Of a DNA stretch of 64,000 nt, positions 24,987 through 38,167 are shown piece after piece. Both the position numbers and the translations under genes were made by a program. Each line of letters opens with the position of its first letter. The stretch's first letter is position 1. Origin of the DNA: Chiloscyllium plagiosum (taxonomy: Eukaryota); contig NC_057718.1 of NCBI RefSeq assembly GCF_004010195.1, positions 33,226,820-33,290,819 of the forward strand. The letters are read 5' to 3'. The notes below the pieces were generated by a model. That model saw only the letters and a list, made by a program, of their open reading frames with translations. It did no database searches and was not told the origin of the DNA.

Positions 24987-27666
24987 CCTCTTTCCCCTCC
25001 CAAAACCACCCAAAACTGCCTTAAAGTGTGTCAATATGCAAAGATGGCTTTTGAAAAAAGAATTCTTTAGCCTTACACTATGACACTACAGTGCATGTTT
25101 AGAAATGTAATGTAAATACGCAAACATTCACTACTACAGTCCTTTTTAGTCAGTTTTTCCCCACCACTGAATGCCTCAGTCTTCAATATTTGCAGCAATG
25201 CATTGGCAATTATATTCCGTCATCCTGCCAAATGTATAATTTCAAATTGGCTATAATAATAAGCTCCATCTAAACTGGTATTTTAATCTTTATCTCAAAC
25301 TTATAAGGGGTTGCGATCAGTATATACAATTGTCTCAGATACATTACTGGCAATAGCAAATATTTATGTTGATGAATATTCAATTTTCTGGTAAAACACC
25401 CAATAGGTCGGTCTGTCTGTCTTGTCATCCTCTCGGAAGAGTACAGCACTGACAACCATATCACTTGCATCAGTAACCATCTTGAATGGCTTTGTGTAAT
25501 TAACTGTGGGTAACACTTGGGCAGTGGTTAACACAACTTTCAGGCTGTCAAATGTATTCTGACATTCCATCCACTAAGTTTCTGCACTTCAAGAAGTCAG
25601 TAGAGCAACCACACTGCTAAAATTTGATGCAAACTTGATTTAAAATCCCTCATCCCAGAAATCGTACTTCCTTGTTCATCAATGGTTTGGGAAACTCCCC
25701 AATAACCTTTTTGTTTCATATCCTGTGGAGCCATTTGTCCATTGCCAATGACATGGTCCAGGAATATGACTTGGGCTTTTGCGAACTGACACTTAACCAG
25801 ATTTATCACCAGGCCAACCTCCCAAAGTCGGTCAAACAATTCTGACAGATACTCCAAATGTTCCTTCCATGTGTAACTGAAAATCTTTGAAATATGGCTG
25901 GTACATATTTCATACAAAACAGCATGACTTCAAGCTGATACAGTCCATTTTGTGTCACGAAAGCCAAAATTTCATTTGCCAGAATCCTCCAAGTAAGTTC
26001 AACTTAGAAACATAAGTTGTTTGTCCCACCTTCTTAATAGAGTCTTCCAAACAAAATAGGGTATGAATTAGATGTAAGTGCATTGAGTTTGCATTAGTCA
26101 AAACATAATCATTGGGTACCATTTGGATTTGGCACCATTTATCACGGGTGAGCTCCAATTGTTGCAACTCACTTTGATTATGTAGGCTTTGAGCATGCTT
26201 TCAATCTCTTATTGAACCTGTGCCAATTTCAGGGGGTTTAGTCTACAACAATGTTTGATTGAAACAGCATTTCCTGTATCTAAGTGCATAATCAGACTAG
26301 TATTTCCCAGTTTAATAACAAATATCTCTCATGTGATTGTAATAACTCCGGTCACTTTGATTTTGCTCTGGAAGGTAACTCACTTTATCACATTATTTTG
26401 AAAACTTCTTCATTGTCAACTTTAATTAGAGAATGTCCAATTCAGAGTCATCTGAACGTAGGTCTCTGCTTTGTACTGTAACTAGTATACATTCTCCCTT
26501 CCTTCCCTTTCAAAATATCTTTTGAACAGATTCACATGACACATTGTGAAATTGCTTTCCATCTGGTGTTCTCATCAGATAATTCACCTCACTCTTTTTG
26601 TCTTCATAAGGTCCACTAAGCCTTGTCTTTAAAGGTACACCTAACACTTAACAGTTAAATTTGCAATTTTGCTAGTGGAAATTTTGATTTCTTAGCTGTT
26701 TTCTGTTTTATAAAAAAGTGTAACTCTTCTACAATCGTTTTAGCTGTGATACTGCATAATGCAATGGCCTCTGGAAACCTCACAGATACATCTATTATGA
26801 TCAACAGATGGGTGTCCTAATCAATCAATTAAGAGTCTTGAGAAAGGGTTCCCAAATGAGAGAATGGGAATTAAGGGTGCTAGTTTTATCATAGCCTGAT
26901 GCAAAAGTCAACCACTTCTTTATACAGTCCATGACAATAATATTTTTATTGGCATCTTAGTTTGAGTTTTCCTCACTCCCAAATGACCACCTCCTGGTAA
27001 TTCGTATACTACCCGCAACACCACATTTCTATGATGCACCGGTAATGCAACTTTCTGAACTTCTAACCATTTTTCGGCCATCTGAATATATGATGGTCTC
27101 CATTTCCTCATCAAGACTTCATTTTTAAGGTAGCAACATTCTGGGATATGTGATTATTCTTCTGTGTATGCTTTTGGATACAACTGCATTAGTTTTTTCT
27201 CTTTCTGTTGTAATTCCGCTAGCTTCTCTGAACTAAAAATATCCACTTTGTCCTCCACTTGTTCTTTTTCTCAAACATTTGATTAAACATAGTTTTGGAC
27301 AATTGAACTTCAATTTTCTAACTTTTTTTCCTTGATTTCTCCTCCTCCTACCTTTGGGTTTGTGACCTTGTTATTACACAGTTGGGAAAAATCCCCGTGT
27401 ATGCTACTAATACCACCACAGTTGCCTGATTTGTTTTGCTGGCTTTCAACCAAAGTAGGCATCACTCCCCACCTGTATTTCCAGAACCAAAAATTTCTAT
27501 TATTCTTACCATTACTTCACCAGACTTCCTAACCTCATTTTACATCATGGAACACTGTTCTTCTCACCATGAATTCTACATATTGCCACCTTTTCTCACA
27601 ATTCCTCTGAATTGCTTATCTCCTCATATTTCACCATCAAAGATTAATTTGCTCCTATATCTCTTA

Positions 27667-30600
27667 GAGTCATAGAGATGTACAGTATGGAACCAGATCC
27701 TATGGTCTAACATGTCCATGTCAACCAGATATCCCAACCAATCTAGTCCCACCTGCCACGACCCAGCCCATATCCCTCCAAATGCTTCTTATTCACATAT
27801 CCATCCAGATGTCTTTTAAATGTTGCAATTGTACGAGCCTCCACCACTTCCCCTGGCAGCTCATTCCATACATGTACCACCCTTTGCGTGAAAAGGTTGC
27901 CACTTTAGGTCTCTTTAATATCTTTCCCCTCTCATCCTAAACCTATGCCCTCTAGTTCTGGACTCCCCCACCCTTGGGAAAAGACTTTGTCTATTTATCC
28001 TATCCATGTACTTCATGATTTTATAAACCTCTATAAGGTCATCCCTCATCCTCTGGCGCTCCAGGGAAAACAGCCCCAGCCTATTCAACATCCCCATAGC
28101 TCAAATCCTCCAACCCTGGCAACATCCTTGTAAATCTTTTCTGAATCCTTTCAAGTTTCACGACATCTTTCTGATAGGAAGGAAACCAGAACTGCACACA
28201 ATATTCCAACAGTGGCCTAACCAATGTCCTGTACAGCCGCAACATGACCTCCCAACTCCTGTACTTGTTACTCTGACCAATAAAGGAAAGATACCAAACG
28301 CCTTCACTATCCTATCTACCTGCGACTCCACTTTCAAGGAGCTATGAACCTGCACTCCAAGGTCTCTTTGTTCAGCAACACTCCCCAGGACCATACCATT
28401 AAGTGTATAAGTCCTGCTAAGATTTGCTTTCCCAAAATGTAGCACCTCTCATTTATCTAAATTAAAATCCATCTACCAAGTCTCAGCCCATTGACCCAGC
28501 TCATCAAGATCCTGTTGTAATCTGAGGTAAGCTGCTTCGTTGTCCACTACACCTCCAGTTTTGGTGTCATTTGCAAACTTACTAACTATACCCTTTATGC
28601 TCACATCCAAATCATTTATATAAATGATGAAAAGTAGTGAACCCAACAGTGATTCTTGTGGCACTCCACTGGTCACAGGCCTCCAGTCTGAAAAATAACC
28701 CTCCAGCACCATCCTCTGTCTTCTACCTTTGAGCCAGTTCTGTATCCAAATGGCTAGTTCTCCCTGTATTCCATGAGATCTAACCTTGCTAATCAATCTC
28801 CCATGGGGAACTTTGTCGAATGCCTTACTGAAGTCCATATAGATCACGTCTACCACTCTGCCCTTATCAATCCTCTTTGTTACTTCTTAAAAAACTCAGT
28901 CAAGTTTGTGAGACATGATTTCCCACGCACAAAGCCATGTTGACTATACCTAATCAGTCTTTGCCTTTCCAAATACATGTGCATCCTGTCCCTCCGGATT
29001 CCCTCCATCAACTTGCCCATCACCCACTTCAGACTCACTAATCTATAGTTCCCAGGCTTGTCATTACCTCCTTTCTTAAACAGTGGCACCATGTTAGCCA
29101 AGCTCCAGTCTTCTGGCACCTCACCTGTGACTATCGATGATACAAATTATCTCAGCAAGAGGCCCAGCAATCACTTCCCTAGCTTCCCACTGAGTTCTAG
29201 GGTACACCTGATCAGGTCCTGGGGATTTATCCACTTTTATGCGTTTTACGATATCCAGCACTTCCTTCGCTGCAATATGGACATTTTTCAAGATGTCACC
29301 ATCAATTTCCAGACATTCTATATCTTCCATGTCCTTTCTAAATACTGATGCAAAATATTCATTTAGTATTTCCCTCCTCTCCTGCTGATCTCTGAGTGGC
29401 CCTATTCTCTCCCTAATTACCGTTTGTCCTTAATGTATTTGTAAAAACCGTTTAGACTCTCATTAACTTTATTTGCCAAAGCTATCTCATATCCCCTTTT
29501 TTCCCCTCCTCATTTCTCTCTCAAGTATACTCCTACTGCCTTTTTAACTCTTCAAATAATTCACTCGAACTATCCTGTTTAAACCTGACATATGCTTCCC
29601 TTTCTTAACCAATTCTTAATTTCTTTAGTCATCCAGAATTCCCTATACCTACCAGACTTTCCTTTCACCCTAACAGGAATATACTGTCTCTGGACTCTCA
29701 TTATCTCATTTCTGAAGGCTTCCCATTTTCCAGCCATCCCTTTACCTGTGAACATCTGCCCCCAATCAGCTTTTGAAAGTTCTTGCCTAATACCATCAAA
29801 ATTGGCCTTTCTCCAATTTAGAACTTCAACTTTTAGATCTGGTATATCCTTTTCCATCACTACTTTAAAACTAATGGAATTATGGTCGCTGGCCTCAAAG
29901 TACTCCCCCACTGACACCCCAGTCATCTGCCCTGCCTTATTTCCAAACATTAGGTCAAGTTTTGCAGCTTCTTTAGTAGGTACATCCACACACTGAATTA
30001 GAAAATGTTCTTGTACACACTTAACAAATTCCTCTTCATCCAAACCTTTAACACTATGGCAATTCTGGTCTATGTTTGGCAAGTTAAAATACCCTACCAT
30101 AACCACCGTATCATTCTTACAGATAGCTGAGATCTCCTTGCAAATTTGTTTCTCAATTTCCGTCTGACCAGAAGGGGGTCTATAATGCTATCCCAATAAG
30201 GTGATCATCCCTTTCTTAATTCTCAGTTCCACTCAAATAACTCCCCTGAATATATTTCTGGGAGTATCCTCCCTCAGTACAGCTGTAATGCTATCTCTTA
30301 TCAAAAACACCTCTCCCTTCCTTTCTCGCCTCCCTTTCTATCCTTCCTGTAGCATTTGTATCCTGGAACATTAAGCTGCCAGTCCTGCCCATCCCTGAGC
30401 CATGTTTCTGTAATTGCTATGATATCCCAGTCCCATGTTCCTAACCATGCCCTGAGTTCATCTGCCTTCCCTGTTAGGCCCCTTGCATTTAAATAAGTTC
30501 AGTTCAATTTATTAGTCCTATCTTGTCCCTGTCCCAGTTTCAGATTGATCTCTTTTCTCACTATCTCCTTGGATCCCACCCCACCTTACTAGTTTGTATC

Positions 30601-32088
30601 CTCCTGAGCAGCCTAGCAAATTTCCCTGCCAGTATATTAGTCCCCTTCCAATTTAGGTGCAATCCATCCTTCTTGTACAGATCACTTCTATCCCAAAAGA
30701 GATTCCAATAATCCAAAAATGTGAATCCTTCTCCCATACACCAGATCCTCCGCCATGCATTCATTTGCTCTCTCCTCCTATTCCTGCCCTCACTAGCTCG
30801 TAGCACCGGGAGTAACCCAGATATTACTACTCTCAAGCACCTCTTTAAAATTCTTGCCTAACTCTGTAATCTCCCTTAAGAATCTCAACCTTTTCCCTTC
30901 CTATGTCTTTGGTTCCAATGTGTATAATGATCTCCTGCTGGCCCCTCACCCCCTTGAGAGCATTCTGCAGCCTCTCTGAGACATTCTTGATCCTGGCACC
31001 AGGGAAGCAACACACCAATCTGATTTTTTGCTGCAGGCCACTGAAATGTTTGTTCCTCAAACTAGAGAGTCCCCTAACACAATCGATCTCTTGGAACCCG
31101 ACGTACCCCTCATTGCATTAAAGCCAGTCTCAGTACAGAAACATGGTTGTTCGTGGTATGTTCCATCACCTTTTTCAAAACTGCATACTTGTTTGAAATA
31201 GGGAAAGCCACAGAAGATTCCTGCACTACCTGCCTACCTGTCTTACTTTCTTGGAGTTAACCCATCTATGTGTCTGTATCTGCAACTTTTCCCTCTTCCT
31301 ATAACTGCCATCCATCACATCCCCTTGCTCTTGTAAATCCCTCATTGCCACTAACTGTCTCTCCAACTGATCCATTTGATCTGATAGGATTTGCAACCAA
31401 CAGCATTTATTGCAGATATAATCCACAGTAACATGTAAACTCTCCCTAAGCTCCCACATCCAACAAGAAGAGCATATCACACTACTAAAGGACACTTTTG
31501 CTTTTTTCAATCTACAGAGCCAGAAAATAGCACTGTCTACAAAACACTACTGCAGGTTAAGTTAATACTTATGGCTTATATTTTAAAGTTTAATGAAGAG
31601 ACATATCTCAATGTAACATATAATCAAGAAATAACCCACTCTACTCACTACTGCAGACTTAATGTAGGCCACACTTATAATATTCACTTATGTTTCTGTG
31701 CTGTGACCTCTCCCAAACAGGTTCCTCCAAGATTAGTTGTGAATTTCACTGTTTGTTAATTCTTCCAGACACGCACTGATGTCCAGCGATACGTGAATTC
31801 AAACAGCAAAGGCAGTACCTGTGCAGGTTCTCTGCTGTGTCAGTTAGCAATGTGGGTTTCTCGCTTTCTCTCCTGCACTTCCTTTGTCTGTACGTCTCCC
31901 TTTTAAAAGTGCTGTTGTTTTGACTTTTTTTTCTCCAAAGTTCTAAAACAATGCAACAACATATAAAACAATAATTGCTGCTCCTTGAATTCGAGGAAAT
32001 CACCTCCAACACCTATAATACCTCAAAAAAAAGGAGCAGCCTGTTCCAGCAAGAAATTTTTCCCATCCTACATCTTAGATTACTCAGA
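27667..32088 (-). mobile_element. Full-length decayed CR1-clade LINE with zinc-finger/esterase ORF1 and APE-RT ORF2
   Basis: ORF1: CSSCWMWE...CNKC, CFPGARI, IHIGTKD, DGLHLNWKG. ORF2: GYFNLPNID, SDHNSI, MDFSKAFDKVPH, SGVPQ, KFANDTK. 3' tail ctctatgactct. An 8 bp TSD atctctta lies at 27659-27666 and 32089-32096. Confidence 0.92.
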
Positions 32089-33125
32089 ATCTCTTAAAAT
32101 TTTAATTTCTTTACCTACTCCTCCTGGCGTACATGAGTAATCCTTACCCATGCAAGTAAATCCTCTAAAGAGACCTGGCACCTTTTCCTCAACCAGTACC
32201 TGATCAGGTTATACATTCTTTTGCAGCTTAATAGCTTCTACTGTGCTTTCCTTTACCACTTCAAAATTCACTGGCTTATCCTGTTTGCCCACATCCATCT
32301 TCCCACTGCTTTTGTCTTTCTAAACCACCAACACTACATCTTCATGTGGCATACTTCACTACAGTGAAAACACCTGTGCTTTTTTACTTCCCTTTTACTC
32401 CTTGTGTTTCCTTTTTACCCGGTGGTAAACTACCTTTACTATCATCAATGAGATTGCATTTTCATTTATCACCTGGTGATTTCTCTTTTCCCCAACTTCT
32501 ATATCTCACAGATTGAAATTGGTGTCAGAAGCCAAACTTTCATTTCTGAAACAACTCATAATCATCAGCCATTTCAGCTGCGAATCTTGCTGTTTTAATT
32601 CTCTGCTCTTCCACATGCGTTCTTACTACTTCAGGAGGTGAATTTTATGAACCCCTCCAAATTAATCATCTCCCTAGGAGCATCATATGTTTGATTTATT
32701 TTCAATTACTGTTTACATAGAATTTCCTCACTTCCAAAGTTCAAATTCTCTCTTTCTCACATTCTTTTCTTTCTCTCTCTCTCCTGCCCCCCTGCTTTTC
32801 ATCATAATTCAAACTATTTCGTTTCATTTTCGCATTCAAGCTGCTTGCTTCATTTGCAACTGAATTTTCACCATTTCCAATTCTTCCAGTGGCATTTCCG
32901 ACAATTATAAATGTAGAGCTGTTGCTGCAATTATCTCCCATGGCCAAAAGCAATCCCAACTCCAGTTTGTCTGCTCATTCCAAATGCTTTGCCTTGCTCA
33001 CTTTCTGTAAAACTGCCAAAGTGACTCCTTCCACCTCCCACCCCCAGGAAACTTGTAGTGACTGAAAAGCCATTATTAGACAAGGTGTACCATATTTAAA
33101 CCAGGTGAATGCAAGACCCAAAGAA

Positions 33126-34442
33126 AACTGGTGAACCTGACATTGGTGGTGGGTCAGTTGTTGGAGATACAGGATTTACATGTATTTGGAAAAGCAAGGA
33201 TTGATCAGGGCTAATCAACATGATTTTGTGTGTGGGAAATCATGTCTCACTAACTTGAGTTTTCTGAAGAAGTACGAAGAGGATTGATGAGGTAGAATGG
33301 TGGATGTGATCTATGTGGACGACAGTAAGGTGTTTGATAAGGTTCCTTGTGGTAGATTGGTTAGCAAGGTTAGATCACATGGAATACAGTGAGAACTAGC
33401 CATTTGGATACAAAACTGGCTCAAAGGTAATTACGATTAGAAGAAGGTGATGGTGGAAGATTATTTTTCAGACTGGAGGCCTGTGACCAGTGGTGTGCCA
33501 CAAGGATCAGTGCTGGATCCGCTGCTTTTTGTCATTTATATAAATGATTTGGATGTGAACATAGGAGGAATAGTTAGTATGTTTGCAGAAGACACCAAAA
33601 TTGGAGGTGTAGTGGACAGCGAAAAAGGTTACCTCAAAGTACAATGGGACCTTGATCAAACAGGCCAGTGGCAGATAGAGTTTAATTTAAATAAATGTGA
33701 GGTGCTGCATTTTGGAATGGCAAATCAGGGCATGACTTTCACTTAATGGTAAGGTCCTGGGGAGTGTTGCTGAACAAAGAGACTTTGGAGTACCTGTTCA
33801 TAGTTCCTTGACAGTGGAGTCTCAAGTAGATAGGATAGTGAAGGAGGCGTTTGGTATGTTTCCTTTATTTGTCAGAGCATTGTATATAGGAGTTGGGAGG
33901 TCATGTTGCAGCTCTGCAGGACATTGGTTCAGCCACTTCTGCAATATTGTATGCAATTTTGGTCACATTCCTATAGGGAGAGTTTTGTGAAATTTAAAAG
34001 GGTTCAGAAAAGATTTACAAGGTTGATGCCAGGTTTGGGGTGGGGCGGTGAGGGCTGTGGGGTGACCTTATAGAAGTTTATAAAATCATGAGGGACATGG
34101 ATAGGGTAAATAGACAAGTCTTTTCCCTGAGGTGGAGTCTTCAGAACTAGAGGGCATAGGTTTAGGGTGAGAGGGAAAAGATTTCAGAGGGACCTAAGGG
34201 GCAACGTTTTCATGCAAAGGGAGGTGTGTGTATTGAATGAGTTGCCAGAGGAAGTGGTAGAGGCTGGTACAATTACAACATTTAAAAGGCATTTGGATGG
34301 GTACATAAATAGAAAGGGTTTAGAGGGATATGGGCCATGTGCTGGCAAATGGGACTAAATTAATTTAGAATATCTGGTTGGCATGGACAAGTTGGACCAA
34401 AAGGTCTATTTCCATGCTGTATGTCTCTATGACTCTATGACT
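33126..34442 (+). mobile_element. 5'-truncated CR1 LINE (RT and 3' tail) inserted at the inner edge of the Gypsy 5' LTR
   Basis: SDWRPVTSGVPQGSVLDPLLFVIYINDLD, FAEDTKIGG and FNLNKCEVLHFG; tail (tctatgac)2. Confidence 0.9.
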
Positions 34443-35045
34443 AGACCAAACCCCCTCAAAATTTATTAAGAAGATAGTCTAGATCTGAACTTTTTCTTAT
34501 TTTAAAGGTACGTGTAAGGCATTATGTTCTAGATGCAATTTGATTGGTCAAACAACTTGACTTTAAGCAAAACACTTTTTTTTACCTGCACTGTAAAAAT
34601 AGACAAAATGAAAAGGAAATAATTGGCTCAACTGTAATTATCCATGTTTAAAAATATTAACTATTTAACTGTTCCAATCTAGTAATATTCATTAAACACA
34701 CTTTTAGCAAATGCAAGTCAGTAAAACAGATTTCCTACTGCTAGAATTGCATGTGAGACTGAGAGCCCCAGCTTTTAACTGTAACAGAGAGGAATAGAAA
34801 CTTCCACATCCAGCTTTAAGACCCCAGCAACTGCTGAAAGCTAAAACTGAAAATCCTCCTTCAGTGGGAGCTTGACCCCACCCATTCAGATTGCTTCTGT
34901 TATTCCAACTTTTTTTTAAAAAGCCCCCCAAGGCCTTTCAAGTTTTTCATTGGCTTTGAGCAGACTACTCATCACCTCTGTTTCAATCTTTGTTTCATTA
35001 AAACAAAATGACAAATACACCTCCTAAAGCCTTTGTATCATTACA
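34443..35045 (-). repeat. 5' LTR of the Gmr1-like Gypsy element
   Basis: Colinear with 24502-24986 (cttccacatccagcttt/caagaccccagca.ctgctgaaag...gtgggagcttgacc); ends ...gtatcattaca. Confidence 0.75.
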
Positions 35046-35441
35046 TTTTATCATAGTTCAACTTGAGGTTCTGCTCCAGGAAATTTGTAGTTCACAAATT
35101 GGTTACCAAACAGAATGAAATTCTACACCACCTGTAATCTAGTGCCATTCCTTGCCTTCTTTCTACAGCCTTAAATACTCTTTCTTTTCAGGTAATGATC
35201 CAATTTTGTGTTTTGCTTTGTTTGATCTTGTTGCCACATGCTCAGGCATTACATACCAGATCTTAACCTGTGTGAAAATGTTTTGCCTCATTTCACCTTT
35301 GCTGCTTATGTCAATCTTGATTCTAGATCCTAACAATGCGAACAGTTTCTTCGCTCTCCTACCATATCCAGACACCACATGATTTTTGAATATGTCTATC
35401 AAATGTCCTCTCAAGCTTTCTTCAAGGAACTTAGTTCTAAC

Positions 35442-35703
35442 ATGAAAGAAGTGAAACTATCACTATTATAACAGATGAAAGGCTTAACAGACAATCAATT
35501 TTTCAATGTATAATTTCAATTACATCACACTGCAAATTTTTGCTATCAATTCTGTGTTACGATCGAGCCCTCCACTATCACCTGATGAAGGGGCGTCACT
35601 CCGAAAGCTAGTGTGCTTCCAATTAAACCTGTTGGACCATAACCTGGTGTTGTGTGCTTTTTAACTTTGTACACCCCAGTCCAACACCGGCATCTCCAAA
35701 TCA
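35442..35703 (+). mobile_element. Penelope-like terminal-repeat fragment, family B
   Basis: Discrete repeat-like block containing an intact minimal hammerhead; sequence unrelated to family A. PLE origin is inferred from the ribozyme type. Confidence 0.6.
35579..35613 (+). ncRNA. Minimal type I hammerhead ribozyme motif
   Basis: CAC-CUGAUGA-A-GGGG-cguca-CUCC-GAAA-GC-UA-GUG: stem I CAC/GUG, complete core, 4 bp stem II, palindromic AGCU stem III, predicted cleavage after A35610. Confidence 0.8.
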
Positions 35704-36194
35704 GAACAAAACCAGGGGTGAGATCTTTGTAGGGTGTTTTACTAGTACTGTTGGGAAGAATGTAGACTAACTCATTGGGGGTATAGGAACCAGAAGAGAA
35801 TATTAGAGAGGAATACCAGGGTGCACAAAATGCTAGGAGAGGCAAATAGCCAAATTTAGAAAAGTATGTTAATATGTAGAGTCAGAAAGGGAGAACGTAA
35901 TGAAGTCTAAATCAAGGTTACATTGCATGGAGTATAGTTAAAGTTGAAGTGCTACAGGCATAGATTCCTTGTGGGATTCTAATGTAGCTATAATGGAGAC
36001 CTGGCATAAGGTAAGTAAATCTGACTGTTAAATATTCCTGGTTATAAGATGCTAAGAAAAAAGGAAAGGGGGAATAAAAGTTTCTTTTTGGTGAAAGAGA
36101 ACATTGCAGTACTGAAGAAGAATGATGTTCCAAAAGGTTTAAGAGCAGCTTGAACTTGGCTAGAATTAAGAAATGTGTGTACAATTTTATTTCT

Positions 36195-36327
36195 ATTCCT
36201 GATGAAGGGCTTTTGTCCGAAACATTGATTTTCCTGCTCCTCAGATGCTGCCTGACCTGCTGTGCTTTTCCAGCACCACTCTGATCTAAACTCTAGTTTC
36301 CAGCATCTGCAGTCCTCACTTTTGCCT
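36195..36327 (+). mobile_element. Penelope-derived family A short insertion with hammerhead motif and 12 bp TSD
   Basis: TSD aattttatttct at 36183-36194 and 36328-36339; CTGATGA-A-GGGC-TTTT-GTCC-GAAAC starts at 36199. Confidence 0.85.
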
Positions 36328-37087
36328 AATTTTATTTCTGTCTAACTTATAAGCCTCCAATCACTGGGAAGGATGCAGAAGACAAATTTGCAAGGAAAAT
36401 AAAGGAATAATCATTATAGAGTAGTTATAATGGGGATTTTAATTACTCTTTTATAGTCTGGGATCGTAATAGTGTAAGGGGCAGCAAGGACAAGCATTCC
36501 TGGATTGTGTTCAGGAGAATTTCCTACAGCAATATATATCTAGACCAGCAAGAAAGGGGACATTGCTAGACCTGATTCTTAGGAATGAGGAGGCCAAGTA
36601 GACCAGGTGATCATGGGGAGAACAGAGACAGTGATCTTGTCGTAAGCTTTAGGGTGATGGTGGAAAATTACATTAATCAATACAGAATAAGAAGAATCAA
36701 CTGGTGGAGAGCTGACGTCAGTGGAGGAACTGAACTGGCCAGATAGACTGGAACAGACTGTTTGAGAGAAAACAATAGTTGAATAATGGGTTACCTTCCA
36801 AGGGGAGATTATTCAGGCAGTTTTCTTCAAAAGGGAAAGGTAGCACAAACAAGTTCAGATGCTTTGCATAATGAGGTTAAGAGAAGATTAAAGTGCAATT
36901 ACAACAAGTGTCTGGTAAAAATTTTAATTGAGAGACAAGCTGAGTATTAAATGTTCAGAAAGGAAATGTTAAAACAATGTGAGAAGCAAAGATGGGTTAT
37001 GGAAAAAGTCCAATACCTACTATAAAAGGAAGCATCCAAAGTCTGTAAGTAGACCAATGGTGAAAGGAGGAATCCGAAAGAACTGTG

Positions 37088-37487
37088 AATGCTGTAAATC
37101 AAAAATGAAAACCGAAGCTGCTGGAAAAACTCAGCAGTTCTGGCAGCATCTGTGAAAAGAAATCAAAGTTAACATTTTACGTCTAATAACCCTTTTTTAG
37201 GTTTAATGTCACTTGGCCTGAAATATTAACTTTGATTTCTCTTCACAGATGATAGGTCAAAAAGTGTGTTGCTGGAAAAGCACAGTTGCTCAGGCAGCTT
37301 CTGAGGAGCAGGAATGATGAAGAGCTTAGTCTCGAGACATCAACTCTCCTGATTGGATGCTGCCTGATTGGCTGTGTTTTTTCAGCACCACACTTTTTGA
37401 CTCTAATCTCCAGCATCTGCAATCCTCACTTTCTTCACAAATGCTGCCAGATCTGCTAAACTTTGCCAGCAACGTCTGTTTTTGTTG
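37088..37487. mobile_element. Older palindromic PLE-related element containing a nested palindromic family A insertion (37252-37432)
   Basis: Outer arms gctggaaaaactcagcagttctggcagcatctgtgaa / ttcacaaatgctgccagatctgctaaactttgccagc. Inner arms gtcaaaaagtgtg / cacactttttgac. TSD cttcaca(g/a)atg at 37241-37251 and 37433-37443. Confidence 0.7.
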
Positions 37488-38167
37488 GCAAAAGGAGGAA
37501 TATGGCTGATTAGAGACCAAAATTGGATTTGCAGAGAGGTCTGGCTGAAGTATTAAGTGAATATGTTGCACATGCTATTAGCTGAGGCATTTGTTACCCA
37601 GGCTGGGTGATAAAGGAAAAAAAACTCAGAAAGGTGTAAAATTGATCAGTAATTAGTATTGATAAGGCACCAGGACTGGTCAAGATGCATTCAACGAAAT
37701 GGAAGGAAGTGAGAGTGGAAATTAGAGGACTGGCAATTTTATCTTTCAATCTTTCTTGGATTTAGGGATGATGCCAGAGGGCCAGAGAACTGTAAATGTT
37801 ACACCTTTGTTGGGTTATTAATGGGACAAGTAGTGCTGTTAATAAAACAGGTGGTACTTGTTAGTTTTATTAATGGGGACTAGAGTACAAGAATGGGGAG
37901 GCTATGATTAACTTACATAAATCATTGGTTAGACCCCACCAGGAATGTTGTTTATAATACTGGGAGCTACACGATAGAAAGAATGTGAGTGAGTGCATTG
38001 GTAAGGCTGCAGAAGAGAATGCTCCCGGGTATGATGAAGAAAAAGTGGAGATGTTGGTACTGTTTTCCTTTGGAGAAGGTAGGGGTATAGAAGAGATTTG
38101 ATAGACATTTTCAAATTATGAGGGATCTGTACAGAGTAAATAAGGAGAAACTTGTAGTTTGTAAGAG

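Larger units (their letters stand above)
24502..35045 (-). mobile_element. Decayed Gmr1-like Ty3/Gypsy LTR retrotransposon (gag-PR-INT-RT-RH) with two nested CR1 insertions
   Basis: Minus-strand order: SCAN-like gag (EVVRTHVEEQRIKTARFAAEMADDY, about 32540-32700), CX2CX4HX4C knuckle (32331-32373), integrase (GGHLGVRKTQ about 27000; RFPEAIAL; SGPYE..VNYL about 26600), RT (LEDSIKKVGQTTYVSKLNLLGGFWQ; LVINLVKCQF), RNase H (KPFKMVTDASD), PPT, LTR. Confidence 0.85.
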
